Source: an uncultured Erysipelotrichaceae bacterium (GTDB lineage Bacteria; Bacillota_I; Bacilli_A; RF39; UBA660). Taken from it: a stretch of DNA of 64,000 nucleotides. The notes under the pieces were generated by a model. It was not told the origin of the DNA, did no database searches, and was given only the letters and a program-made list of their open reading frames with translations. The stretch covers positions 69,554 to 133,553 of the forward strand of contig CADBYH010000001.1 in the NCBI GenBank assembly GCA_902798815.1, written 5' to 3'. Below, piece by piece: positions 17,027 to 25,828 of the stretch; position 1 is the first letter of the stretch, and each line of letters opens with the position of its first letter. The translations under genes were made by a program, and so were the position numbers.

Positions 17027-20000
17027 TGCCTTGGACAAAAGAACAACAATCTGCAATTAATGAAGAAGGAAAAAATATCATTGTCTCTGCAGGAGCAGGA
17101 TCAGGAAAAACAGCAGTCTTAACAGAAAGAGTAAAAAGAAAAATCCTAGAAGGAACACATATAAATGAACTATTAGTTCTCACCTTCACAAATGCCGCAT
17201 CAAAAGAAATGCAAGACAGAATACGGCAAACAATTAAACAGGTAAAAGGATTAGAAAACGAACTAGATTTGATTGATAGTGCCTATATAACTACATTTGA
17301 TGCTTTCTCACTTGCAATAGTAAAAAAATACCATACTAGACTTAATATAACTAATAATATTAAAGTATCAGATGAAGTACTAATTGATTTAAAGAAAAAA
17401 GAAATAATAAATAATATTTTTGATGAAAAATATCTATCACCAAAAAAATCATTTATAAAACTGATAGAAGATTTTTCTTTAAAAGATGATAAAGAATTAA
17501 AAGATTATATTTTATCAATCTATAAAAAAATAGAATTAAAATATGATAAAACATACTTTATAAATAATTATTTTAATATTTTTAATGAAGAAAAAACAAA
17601 CAATTTTATAGAAAATTATCTAAATATTATTAAAGAAAAACAACAAATAGTAATAAACTTAACCTCTGAATTATCTAATTATTTTGAATCAGACTTTGTA
17701 GCAAGCATCCAATCTAGTCTAAAGAAATTTTTAGAAGCATCTACATACGAAGAATTTGTAAATTCAATGGATTATAAAACAGTAAGAACCCCAAATAAAT
17801 CAGATGAACAAGGAAAGCAAATAAAAAATGAAATTTTTAATATTCTTAAAGAGTTAAAAGATACATATTTGATTTATGATTCACTTAATGAAATAAAAGA
17901 AGGGATTGAAAGTACAAAATCATCTACGGAAGAAATAATAGATATACTTAAAAAATTAGATAAAACACTTGATAACTATAAACTTGAAAATAATATTTAC
18001 AACTTTAATGATATTGCGAGATTTGCTATTAAAGTAGTAGAAGAAAACGAAGATATTAGAAAAGAATTAACAAATTCATTTAAAGAAATAATGATTGATG
18101 AATATCAGGATACATCAGATACTCAAGAAAAATTCATATCCCTTATTTCTAATAATAATGTTTATATGGTAGGAGATATTAAACAATCAATATATCGTTT
18201 TAGAAATGCTAATCCATATATATTTAAAGAAAAATATGATACATATAGAGATACAGATAAAGGAGAAAAAATTGATCTATTAAAAAATTTTAGGTCAAGA
18301 GATGAAGTGTTAAATAATATCAATATTATGTTTGATAATATTATGGATGATACTATTGGAGGAGCTAATTATCAAGAATCACATAGAATGATTTTTGGAA
18401 ATACATCATATATTGAAGATGGTAAAACGAATCAAAATTATGATTTAGATGTTATAACATATGATAAAGATAAGTTAGATAAGTTATCTTGTAGCGAACA
18501 AGAAGCGTTTATTATAGGAAATGATATAAAAGAAAAAATAAGAAACAAATTTCAAGTTTTTGATAAAGACAAGAAGATCTTAAGGGATTGTGAATACAAA
18601 GATTTTGTAATCTTACTGGATAGAGGAAAAGAATTCGATAATTATAAAAAGATCTTTGAGTATCTACATCTACCACTAACTATCTTAAAAGAGGAATCTC
18701 TAAGAAAAGATAATGATATTTTAATAATTAGAAATCTATTAAAATTAATATTATCAATAAAAAACAAAACCTTTGATATATCTTTTAAATATAGTTTTAT
18801 AAGTATAAGTAGAAGTTTTATCTTTAGAATCTCAGATGAAGAAATCTATAATTATTTTGTTAATAATAATTATGAGGAATCAAAAATATATAAATTGTGT
18901 TTAGAATTATCAGAATATATAGATATATATAATCCATCTAGATTTCTAAGACTTTTATTAAATAAAATAGATTATGATGTTAAATTACTAAATATTAATA
19001 ATATTAAATCTAATAGAGTAAGAATAGAATATATTTATAATTTAATTAAAGACTATGAAGATAAAGGTTATACTATTGAAGACTTTATTAACTACTTAGA
19101 AGAGATACTTGAAGAAGACTATGATTTGAAATTTAATGTTAATAGTGATACTAATAATAGTTCTATGATCATGACTATTCATAAATCAAAAGGATTAGAA
19201 TATCCTATCTGTTATTTTGCTGGTTTCACTTCTAAATTTAATTTAAATGAATTAAAAGAAAAAATAATTTTTGATAATGAATTAGGTATAATATTACCTG
19301 AAGTAAACAATTATTATAAAGATACAATACTAAAAATATTATTAAAAAGAAGAGTAAGGCAAGAAGAAATATCAGAAAGAATAAGACTTTTATATGTAGC
19401 AGTTACAAGAGCAAAAGAAAAAATAATTATAGTTATACCTAAAACAGATGAGGATAATGAAGTAGATAATATAATACCAGTATATAGAAGGGAAAAGTAT
19501 AATTCATTTTATAGTATTATAAAGAGTATATATAGTAATTTAATTCCATATATAAAAGAAACAAATATAGTTGGATCAAAAGAGTATCTAAATAATACTA
19601 AAAAATCTGGTTTAGAAAAAACAGATGAGAAGTTATTTGTAAAAGAAATTAATATAGATTCTAAAGAAATAATAGAGAGTCATTATTCAAAAGAAAGTTT
19701 AAGATTAATTTCTAAAGAAGAAAATGAATTGATGAAATTCGGTACTAAAGTACACGAGTTATTGGAAGAAATTGATTTTAAAGATATAAATTTAATCAAT
19801 ACAATTGAAGATAAATTCATTAAAGAGAAAATAGTCAAATTCATAAATAGTGATTTAATGAAAAATAAGTTAGATAAAAAAATGTATAAAGAATATGAGT
19901 TTATTTATGAGGAGGATAATAATATATCTCACGGAATAATAGATTTACTAATAGAAGATGAAAAAAATTATATTATAATTGATTATAAGTTAAAAAATAT

Positions 20001-20130
20001 CAATGATCCTTTATATGATAAACAACTTAATGGATATAAAAAATATATTGAAAATATAACTAAAAAGAAATGCATTTGTTACTTATATTCAATAATAAAT
20101 GAAGACTATAGGGAGATAATTTATGATTAA
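17026..20130 (+). CDS. addA: ATP-dependent helicase/nuclease AddAB subunit A
   Basis: UvrD/PcrA motifs: Walker A AGAGSGKT, IMIDEYQDTS, VGDIKQSIYRFRNA, TIHKSKGLEYP, LYVAVTRAK. C-terminal nuclease motif GIIDLL...IIDYKL. Confidence 0.85.
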   Translation: MPWTKEQQSAINEEGKNIIVSAGAGSGKTAVLTERVKRKILEGTHINELLVLTFTNAASKEMQDRIRQTIKQVKGLENELDLIDSAYITTFDAFSLAIVKKYHTRLNITNNIKVSDEVLIDLKKKEIINNIFDEKYLSPKKSFIKLIEDFSLKDDKELKDYILSIYKKIELKYDKTYFINNYFNIFNEEKTNNFIENYLNIIKEKQQIVINLTSELSNYFESDFVASIQSSLKKFLEASTYEEFVNSMDYKTVRTPNKSDEQGKQIKNEIFNILKELKDTYLIYDSLNEIKEGIESTKSSTEEIIDILKKLDKTLDNYKLENNIYNFNDIARFAIKVVEENEDIRKELTNSFKEIMIDEYQDTSDTQEKFISLISNNNVYMVGDIKQSIYRFRNANPYIFKEKYDTYRDTDKGEKIDLLKNFRSRDEVLNNINIMFDNIMDDTIGGANYQESHRMIFGNTSYIEDGKTNQNYDLDVITYDKDKLDKLSCSEQEAFIIGNDIKEKIRNKFQVFDKDKKILRDCEYKDFVILLDRGKEFDNYKKIFEYLHLPLTILKEESLRKDNDILIIRNLLKLILSIKNKTFDISFKYSFISISRSFIFRISDEEIYNYFVNNNYEESKIYKLCLELSEYIDIYNPSRFLRLLLNKIDYDVKLLNINNIKSNRVRIEYIYNLIKDYEDKGYTIEDFINYLEEILEEDYDLKFNVNSDTNNSSMIMTIHKSKGLEYPICYFAGFTSKFNLNELKEKIIFDNELGIILPEVNNYYKDTILKILLKRRVRQEEISERIRLLYVAVTRAKEKIIIVIPKTDEDNEVDNIIPVYRREKYNSFYSIIKSIYSNLIPYIKETNIVGSKEYLNNTKKSGLEKTDEKLFVKEINIDSKEIIESHYSKESLRLISKEENELMKFGTKVHELLEEIDFKDINLINTIEDKFIKEKIVKFINSDLMKNKLDKKMYKEYEFIYEEDNNISHGIIDLLIEDEKNYIIIDYKLKNINDPLYDKQLNGYKKYIENITKKKCICYLYSIINEDYREIIYD

Positions 20131-20629
20131 AATTGATTTAAGTCAAATAGAAAGAAAAAGACTAACAATTTATGAGATTGACAAATATTGCGAATTATTT
20201 AATAGTATAAAAGCAAACATAGAAAACCCTAATTTTTTAATAGAATTCACTAAAAAATCTATTTTAAATTTATTAATGACAGGTACTCAAATATATATTT
20301 ATAAGTATAATGATCAAATAGTATCAAGCGCTATGATGATACCTTGTAGCAAAGAATCAATAGAATATTATGGATTAGATATAGATTATAATGAAGCAGT
20401 TGATTTTGGTCCAGAATTTGTTTTACCTGAATATAGAGGGAATAAACTTCAAAGTTACATGATTAATGATTTAATAAATCTTACAAGAGAACAAGGATAT
20501 AAATATTATTTAGGTGCAGTCCATAAAGATAATGTATATTCTAAAAATAATGCAATTAAATATAGTGAATTGGTAAATACAATAAATCATAATGGTAATG
20601 AAATAAATATATATTTAGCCAAGGTATAA
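20123..20629 (+). CDS. GNAT family N-acetyltransferase
   Basis: Motif A-like FVLPEYRGNKLQSYMI. Size and layout are typical of GNAT proteins. Confidence 0.6.
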   Translation: MIKIDLSQIERKRLTIYEIDKYCELFNSIKANIENPNFLIEFTKKSILNLLMTGTQIYIYKYNDQIVSSAMMIPCSKESIEYYGLDIDYNEAVDFGPEFVLPEYRGNKLQSYMINDLINLTREQGYKYYLGAVHKDNVYSKNNAIKYSELVNTINHNGNEINIYLAKV

Positions 20630-20689
20630 AAAATATTGTTAAAAGCGAACAAATATTTGACAAATAAAAATATATATGTTAAAATGTAC

Positions 20690-20803
20690 TTGTCAGTGAG
20701 AGGATATAAGCATTTATGTGAGCTATCCTGGAAATTAATCTTACACGAGTTATCAAACACGGAGTCACTAGATAGAATAGTGGACTTCCGTGTTTTTGTT
20801 TTT
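20690..20803 (+). ncRNA. candidate small structured RNA or leader (unclassified)
   Basis: TTGACA(20657-62)-17 nt-TAAAAT(20680-85) promoter. Bulged hairpin AGGATA(TAA)GC / GCTATCCT (20701-20729). Flanking pairing GTGAG / CTTAC. Long terminator hairpin ACACGGAGTCACT / AGTGGACTTCCGTGT (20757-20793) followed by TTTTTGTTTT. Confidence 0.3.
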
Positions 20804-20891
20804 ATACGGAAATCCCAAAAAGGAGGGAGGGAAAACTTTTAAAAACAAAAAAGTTGACATTTAAAAAGATATGTAAAAAAGAATAATACTA

Positions 20892-21158
20892 ATTAATCTA
20901 TAAATTACTAAATAATTAAAGAATAAATCGGTTGAAAAAAGAATATAAGGGGGAATTTAGTATGTATAGATTAAATAGATATGATCGTAATAGACTAGCA
21001 AGAGAAAAATTATTAGAATTAAGACATGCTCTTGAAAATCGAAGATATAAACGTGAAGAAAAAGCATATAAAAGATTAGAAAAAGAATATGCAAGACGTG
21101 AAGAAAAGAATCAAAAAAATTACTAAAAAGAAAATAAAATAATAATTTATAGATTAAT
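20892..21158. repeat. 16-nt perfect inverted repeat pair flanking a mini-ORF
   Basis: ATTAATCTATAAATTA at 20892-20907 and its exact reverse complement TAATTTATAGATTAAT at 21143-21158. Confidence 0.6.
20962..21126 (+). CDS. small Arg/Lys/Glu-rich helical protein (54 aa)
   Basis: ATG at 20962 follows a strong SD AAGGGGGAA, so the track start at 20932 (TTG) is less likely. Sequence: MYRLNRYDRNRLAREKLLELRHALENRRYKREEKAYKRLEKEYARREEKNQKNY. Confidence 0.4.
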   Translation: MYRLNRYDRNRLAREKLLELRHALENRRYKREEKAYKRLEKEYARREEKNQKNY

Positions 21159-21210
21159 GTATATATTACTATTCAATAATTTACATATCTAAATATAATA
21201 TTTAAAATCA

Positions 21211-21246
21211 GATTCATATGAATTAAGTTCATATGAATCTTTTTTG
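21211..21246 (+). terminator. intrinsic terminator
   Basis: Perfect 12-bp hairpin GATTCATATGAA / TTCATATGAATC followed by TTTTTTG. Confidence 0.65.
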
Positions 21247-21337
21247 TTTTCACAGTAGAAAAGTTGAATAAATATCAAATAATTGATATTATAATATTAG
21301 TGTTATTAATTGTAATTAATAAATTGGAGGGTAAGGT

Positions 21338-22066
21338 ATGAAAGCATTAATATTAAACTCAGGTGTCGGTAGTCGTATGGGTGATATTACACATTCTCAT
21401 CCTAAATGTATGACTGAAATTGCTAATGATGAAACAATAATAAGTAGACAGTTAGAATTATTGAAAAAATGTGGTATTAATTCAGTAGTTATGACTACAG
21501 GTTATTTAGATAAAGTTTTAGAAGATTATTGTAATAATTTAGGACTAGACTTGGATATTGAATATGTTAAAAATCCAAGATTTAGAGAAACTAATGCAAT
21601 TTATTCTATATATTGTGCAAGAGATTATCTTCATGATGATATTGTTATGATGCATGGAGATTTAGTGTTTACCTTAGAAGTACTAAAAAAAGTTATTGGT
21701 GATAAGAGAAGTGTAATGACTGTTAGTTCAACAATACCCTTACCAGAAAAAGATTTTAAAATCGTCATCACAGGAGATACTATAGAAAAAATAGGTGTAG
21801 AGTATTTTGACAACGCTTTATCTGCCCAACCTTTATATAAAATAAAAAGAAAAGATTGGGAGATATGGTTAAACAGCATTATTAGTTATTGTGAGAATCA
21901 TAAAGTTAATTGTTATGCAGAAGAAGCATTTAATACGGTTTCTAATCAATGTCGTATATATCCATTAGATGTTAAAAATGAATTATGTTCAGAAATAGAT
22001 AATCCAGAAGATTTAGATAATATCAAACGAAAATTAAAACAATATAAGAGAGGAGACAATAAGTAA
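21338..22066 (+). CDS. sugar-phosphate/phosphobase nucleotidyltransferase (LicC-like NTP transferase)
   Basis: N-terminal KALILNSGVGSRMG (GxGxR nucleotidyltransferase signature). First gene of the phosphonate cluster. Confidence 0.65.
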   Translation: MKALILNSGVGSRMGDITHSHPKCMTEIANDETIISRQLELLKKCGINSVVMTTGYLDKVLEDYCNNLGLDLDIEYVKNPRFRETNAIYSIYCARDYLHDDIVMMHGDLVFTLEVLKKVIGDKRSVMTVSSTIPLPEKDFKIVITGDTIEKIGVEYFDNALSAQPLYKIKRKDWEIWLNSIISYCENHKVNCYAEEAFNTVSNQCRIYPLDVKNELCSEIDNPEDLDNIKRKLKQYKRGDNK

Positions 22067-23367
22067 TGGAAAAGACTGTATATATGGTTATGTCTACTGA
22101 CGTTATTCATGGTGGGCATATTGCTATTATTAATAAAGCAAAAAAACTTGGCAATTTAATTATAGGCGTTTTATCAGATGAAGCAGTTGCCGGTTATAAA
22201 AGATTTCCATTAATTCCTTATGAAGAAAGAAAAATATTATATAAAAATATTGATGGAGTATCTAAAGTAGTTAAACAAAATACTCTTAGTTATAAAAAAA
22301 ACATTTTAAAACTAAAACCAGATTATGTTGTTCATGGAGATAATTGGATTAATGGAAAACAAAAATTAATAAGACAAGAAGTAATTGAAACATTAGAAAC
22401 ATATGGAGGTAAATTAGTAGAATTTCCTTATTCTGATGATCCAAAGTATAAGGCAATTGATGATAGAACAAGATTTGAATTATCCCTTCCTGATTTTAGA
22501 AGAGCTAGATTAAAAAGATCTCTAGAATGTAAAGGTCTAATTACTGCTATGGAAGCACATAGTGGTATAACTGGTCTAATAGTAGAAAAAACAATGGTAG
22601 AAGAAAATGGTGGAATGAAACAATTTGATGCAATGTGGATTAGTTCTCTTTGTGATTCAACATCAAAAGGAAAACCTGATATTGAATTAGTAGATATGAC
22701 ATCTCGCTTTAGAACAATAGATGATATTATGGAGGTAACTACTAAGCCAATCATTTTTGATGGAGATACAGGTGGATTAAAAGAACACTTTGTATATACT
22801 GTAAGAACTTTAGAAAGAATGGGAGTTTCCATGATTATCATTGAAGATAAAATAGGATTAAAGAAAAACTCATTATTTGGAACAGAAGTGAAACAGATAC
22901 AAGATGATATAGATAGTTTCTGTGAAAAAATAAAAGCAGGAAAGGAAGCTCAAAAAAGTCAAGATTTTATGATTTGTGCTAGAATTGAGAGTTTGATTTT
23001 AGAAGCAGGAATGTCAGATGCATTAAAAAGAGCAAAAGCATTTGTGAAAGCAGGAGCAGATGCAATTATGATTCATAGCAGAAGAAAAGAACCAGACGAA
23101 ATATTTGAATTTGTTGAAAAATTTAGAAGCAAAGATAAAACAACTCCTATTGTAGTTGTTCCAACTTCATTTAATACAGTAACAGAAGAAGAATTCAAAA
23201 AACGTGGGGTAAATATAGTAATATATGCCAATCAATTAACAAGAGCTGGATTTCCAGCTATGCAGAATGCTGCAAAAAAAATCTTAGAAAATCATCGTGC
23301 TAAAGAAGTAGACGATATGTGTATATCAATTAAAGAAATAATCACATTAATTCCAGAAGATTATTAG
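22066..23367 (+). CDS. pepM: bifunctional cytidylyltransferase / phosphoenolpyruvate mutase (Fom1/PntC-PepM type fusion)
   Basis: The N-terminal ~130 aa carry the cytidylyltransferase HxGH motif (TDVIHGGHIAIINKAKKLG). The C-terminal domain carries the PEP mutase signature EDKxxxxxNS (IIEDKIGLKKNSLFG). Confidence 0.85.
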   Translation: MEKTVYMVMSTDVIHGGHIAIINKAKKLGNLIIGVLSDEAVAGYKRFPLIPYEERKILYKNIDGVSKVVKQNTLSYKKNILKLKPDYVVHGDNWINGKQKLIRQEVIETLETYGGKLVEFPYSDDPKYKAIDDRTRFELSLPDFRRARLKRSLECKGLITAMEAHSGITGLIVEKTMVEENGGMKQFDAMWISSLCDSTSKGKPDIELVDMTSRFRTIDDIMEVTTKPIIFDGDTGGLKEHFVYTVRTLERMGVSMIIIEDKIGLKKNSLFGTEVKQIQDDIDSFCEKIKAGKEAQKSQDFMICARIESLILEAGMSDALKRAKAFVKAGADAIMIHSRRKEPDEIFEFVEKFRSKDKTTPIVVVPTSFNTVTEEEFKKRGVNIVIYANQLTRAGFPAMQNAAKKILENHRAKEVDDMCISIKEIITLIPEDY

Positions 23368-23376
23368 GAGAATAAT

Positions 23377-24504
23377 ATGCAAAAAATACTAAGTTCAAAA
23401 AAAAATTATATTGATTTGAAAAAATATCTGCAAAATAATAAATATCAAAATATTTTATTAGTATGTGGTAACCATTTTTTAAAAAGTGATTTATATAAAA
23501 AAATTATTGAATATACAAATAATTTAAATATTAATATTCATATTTTTAAAGATTTTGAACCAAACCCAAGTTATGAATCAGTATGCTTAGGAGTAAAAAA
23601 GTTTATAGATAATAATTGTGATTTCATTATTGCTGTAGGTGGAGGAAGTAGTATTGATGTAGCAAAATGTATTAAACTATATTCTAATATGGATCATAGC
23701 AAAAATTATTTAAACCAAGAATTTATCCCAAATAATACAAAAATTTTAGCTATTCCTACAACCGCGGGAACAGGAAGTGAAGCAACTAAGTATTCTGTTA
23801 TTTACTATAAAGGAGAAAAACAATCTATAACTAGTGATAGTTGTATTCCTGAAATAGTATTATTTGATAATAATTCTTTAGAAACTCTTTCCATATATCA
23901 AAAGAAAGCAACTTTATTAGATGCTTTTAGTCATTCAATAGAATCATTATGGTCAATTAATTCAACAGAAGAAAGTATTAATTATGCGATAGAATCAATT
24001 AAATTAATTATTAAAAACATTAATAAATATTTAGAAAACGATTCAAGTATTTTTAAAGATATGTTTGAAGCATCTAATCTAGCAGGAAAAGCAATAAACA
24101 TTTCTAGAACAACAGCTGGACACGCTATGTGCTATAAATTAACAACTAAATATAATATTTCTCATGGGCATGCAGCAATGTTAATAAATTCAGAACTTCT
24201 TCCTTATATGATGGAAAACACTAATAAGTGTTCAGATCCAAGAGGAGAAAAACATTTAAAAGAAATATTTAGTATTATAAAAAAAACACTCAAATGTAAA
24301 AATAATAATGAATTAAAAAATTATTTTAGAAATCTATTAGATAAACTAGATTTATATAATGTTGAAGTAAATAAAAAAGATATTGATTTACTAGTTAAAT
24401 CAGTAAATGTAACTAGGTTATCAAATAATCCAATAAAATTAGAAAATAATGATATCAAAATAATCTATGAAAGATTATTTGATAGAATAGGTGATAAGCA
24501 ATGA
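23377..24504 (+). CDS. iron-containing alcohol dehydrogenase (phosphonoacetaldehyde reductase-like)
   Basis: Fe-ADH motifs AVGGGSSIDVAKC and HGHAAM. Sits between pepM and the phosphonopyruvate decarboxylase gene. Confidence 0.7.
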   Translation: MQKILSSKKNYIDLKKYLQNNKYQNILLVCGNHFLKSDLYKKIIEYTNNLNINIHIFKDFEPNPSYESVCLGVKKFIDNNCDFIIAVGGGSSIDVAKCIKLYSNMDHSKNYLNQEFIPNNTKILAIPTTAGTGSEATKYSVIYYKGEKQSITSDSCIPEIVLFDNNSLETLSIYQKKATLLDAFSHSIESLWSINSTEESINYAIESIKLIIKNINKYLENDSSIFKDMFEASNLAGKAINISRTTAGHAMCYKLTTKYNISHGHAAMLINSELLPYMMENTNKCSDPRGEKHLKEIFSIIKKTLKCKNNNELKNYFRNLLDKLDLYNVEVNKKDIDLLVKSVNVTRLSNNPIKLENNDIKIIYERLFDRIGDKQ

Positions 24505-25625
24505 AGGTATTAGACTTTATAAAAACATTAGGTTCAGACTTTTATACAGGAGTGCCTGACTCTCAATTAAAACCATTATGCAACTATTTAATGAATACAT
24601 ATGGTATTGATAATAAACATCACATAATTGCAGCGAATGAAGGTAATTGTGTTGGACTAGCAGCAGGATACTATTTAGCAACATCAAAAATACCAGTAGT
24701 ATATATGCAAAATAGTGGAGAGGGTAATATTATTAATCCCGTAGCCTCTTTATTAAATGAAAAAGTATACAGCATTCCAATGATATTTGTAATAGGTTGG
24801 AGAGGACAACCAGGAGTTCACGATGAACCTCAACATATCTATCAAGGGGAAATAACGATTAAATTGTTAGATGATATGAATATCTCATCATTTATAATAA
24901 AAAAAGATACAACAAAAGAAGAGATAAAAAACAAAATGAAGAATTTTAAAAAAAATCTAAAAGAGGGCAAACAAGTTGCATTTGTGATAGAAAAGAACGC
25001 TTTAGAATATGATCAAAAAATAGAATATAAAAATGATAATAAAATGAATAGAGAAGAAATAATTGAGCATATTGTAAAAGTAAGCAAAAATGATCCTATC
25101 ATATCAACAACAGGTAAAGCCTCTCGCGAATTATTTGAAATAAGAGAAAAGAATAATGAATCCCACGAATATGATTTTTTAACAGTAGGTTCCATGGGTC
25201 ATTCATCTTCAATTGCCTTGGGAATAGCAATAGAAAAACCAGAATCAAAAATATGGTGTATTGACGGTGATGGAGCATTATTAATGCATATGGGTTCAGC
25301 AGCAGTTATTGCATCAGTAAAACCTAATAACTTTATTCATATCTTAATTAATAATGGAGCTCATGAAACAGTAGGAGGTATGCCAACTGTTGCAAATAAT
25401 ATTAATTTACCTAAATTAGCTGAAGCATGTGGTTATAAAAAAATATATAGTGTAGATAATTTTAAAGACTTAGATAAAGTTTTAAAAGAAGCAAAGAAAA
25501 ATAATAAGTTGACATTTATCGAGGTGTTATCATCAATAGGAGCAAGATCTGATTTAGGAAGACCCACAACAACAGCAAAAGAAAACAAAGAAAACTTTAT
25601 GAAATACTTAAATAAAAATAATTAA
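24501..25625 (+). CDS. phosphonopyruvate decarboxylase (ThDP-dependent)
   Basis: ThDP-binding motif IDGDGALLMHMGSAAV...LINNGAHETVGG. Length (~375 aa) and adjacency to pepM fit this assignment. Confidence 0.8.
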   Translation: MKVLDFIKTLGSDFYTGVPDSQLKPLCNYLMNTYGIDNKHHIIAANEGNCVGLAAGYYLATSKIPVVYMQNSGEGNIINPVASLLNEKVYSIPMIFVIGWRGQPGVHDEPQHIYQGEITIKLLDDMNISSFIIKKDTTKEEIKNKMKNFKKNLKEGKQVAFVIEKNALEYDQKIEYKNDNKMNREEIIEHIVKVSKNDPIISTTGKASRELFEIREKNNESHEYDFLTVGSMGHSSSIALGIAIEKPESKIWCIDGDGALLMHMGSAAVIASVKPNNFIHILINNGAHETVGGMPTVANNINLPKLAEACGYKKIYSVDNFKDLDKVLKEAKKNNKLTFIEVLSSIGARSDLGRPTTTAKENKENFMKYLNKNN

Positions 25626-25650
25626 TAATAGGCTTCTTATGAAGTTAAAC

Positions 25651-25679
25651 TTGAAAAAAATCGAAAAATATGGTATAAT
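25651..25679 (+). promoter_or_regulatory. extended -10 promoter of riboswitch leader 1
   Basis: TTGAAA - 17 nt (containing TGG) - TATAAT. Confidence 0.55.
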
Positions 25680-25687
25680 ATACATTC

Positions 25688-25799
25688 GTAAGAGGGAGTA
25701 GTTCCATCTAAAGGTGTAGTAACTCAACACTATGATATTTATTATCTGGGTTACTTATAAAGAACAAGACTTTTATAGAAATATAAGAGTCTTTTTTTT
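25688..25799 (+). promoter_or_regulatory. yybP-ykoY (Mn2+)-type riboswitch-like leader with intrinsic terminator, copy 1
   Basis: P1 GTAAGAG (25688-94) abuts GGAGTAG (25695-701). P2 is CATC/GGTG. P3.1 is AGTAACTC/GGGTTACT, with internal loop AACACTAT, and P3.2 is GATA/TATC. CAAGA (25765-69) abuts P1' CTTTTAT. P1' overlaps the 5' arm of the terminator GACTTTTAT/ATAAGAGTC, which is followed by T8. Confidence 0.7.
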
Positions 25800-25828
25800 A
25801 TGACTCTTACAAAAGGGGTGATTTATTT

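Noticed and set aside
20690-20803. Identifying the candidate RNA as SRP (4.5S/scRNA), 6S RNA, a T-box or a known riboswitch.
   Set aside because: It has no GNRA-capped helix 8 with the AGCA/GGAA loops, no T-box GGUGG sequence or specifier architecture, and it is too short for 6S. The partial UGUCAG...AAGCA resemblance to SRP does not fold consistently.
20636-20842. 68-aa ORF in the addA/GNAT downstream intergenic region.
   Set aside because: It starts upstream of a near-consensus promoter, has no SD, and reads through a strong terminator hairpin. The region is better explained as a small structured RNA.
25802-25810. Additional pairing of GACTCTTAC (just before the SD of gene 25829) with the leader 5' end (GTAAGAG) or the terminator 3' arm (TAAGAGTC), as an extra translational control layer.
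   Set aside because: The complementarity exists in copy 1, but I could not find an equivalent element in copy 2. It may be coincidental, so it is not reported as a feature.
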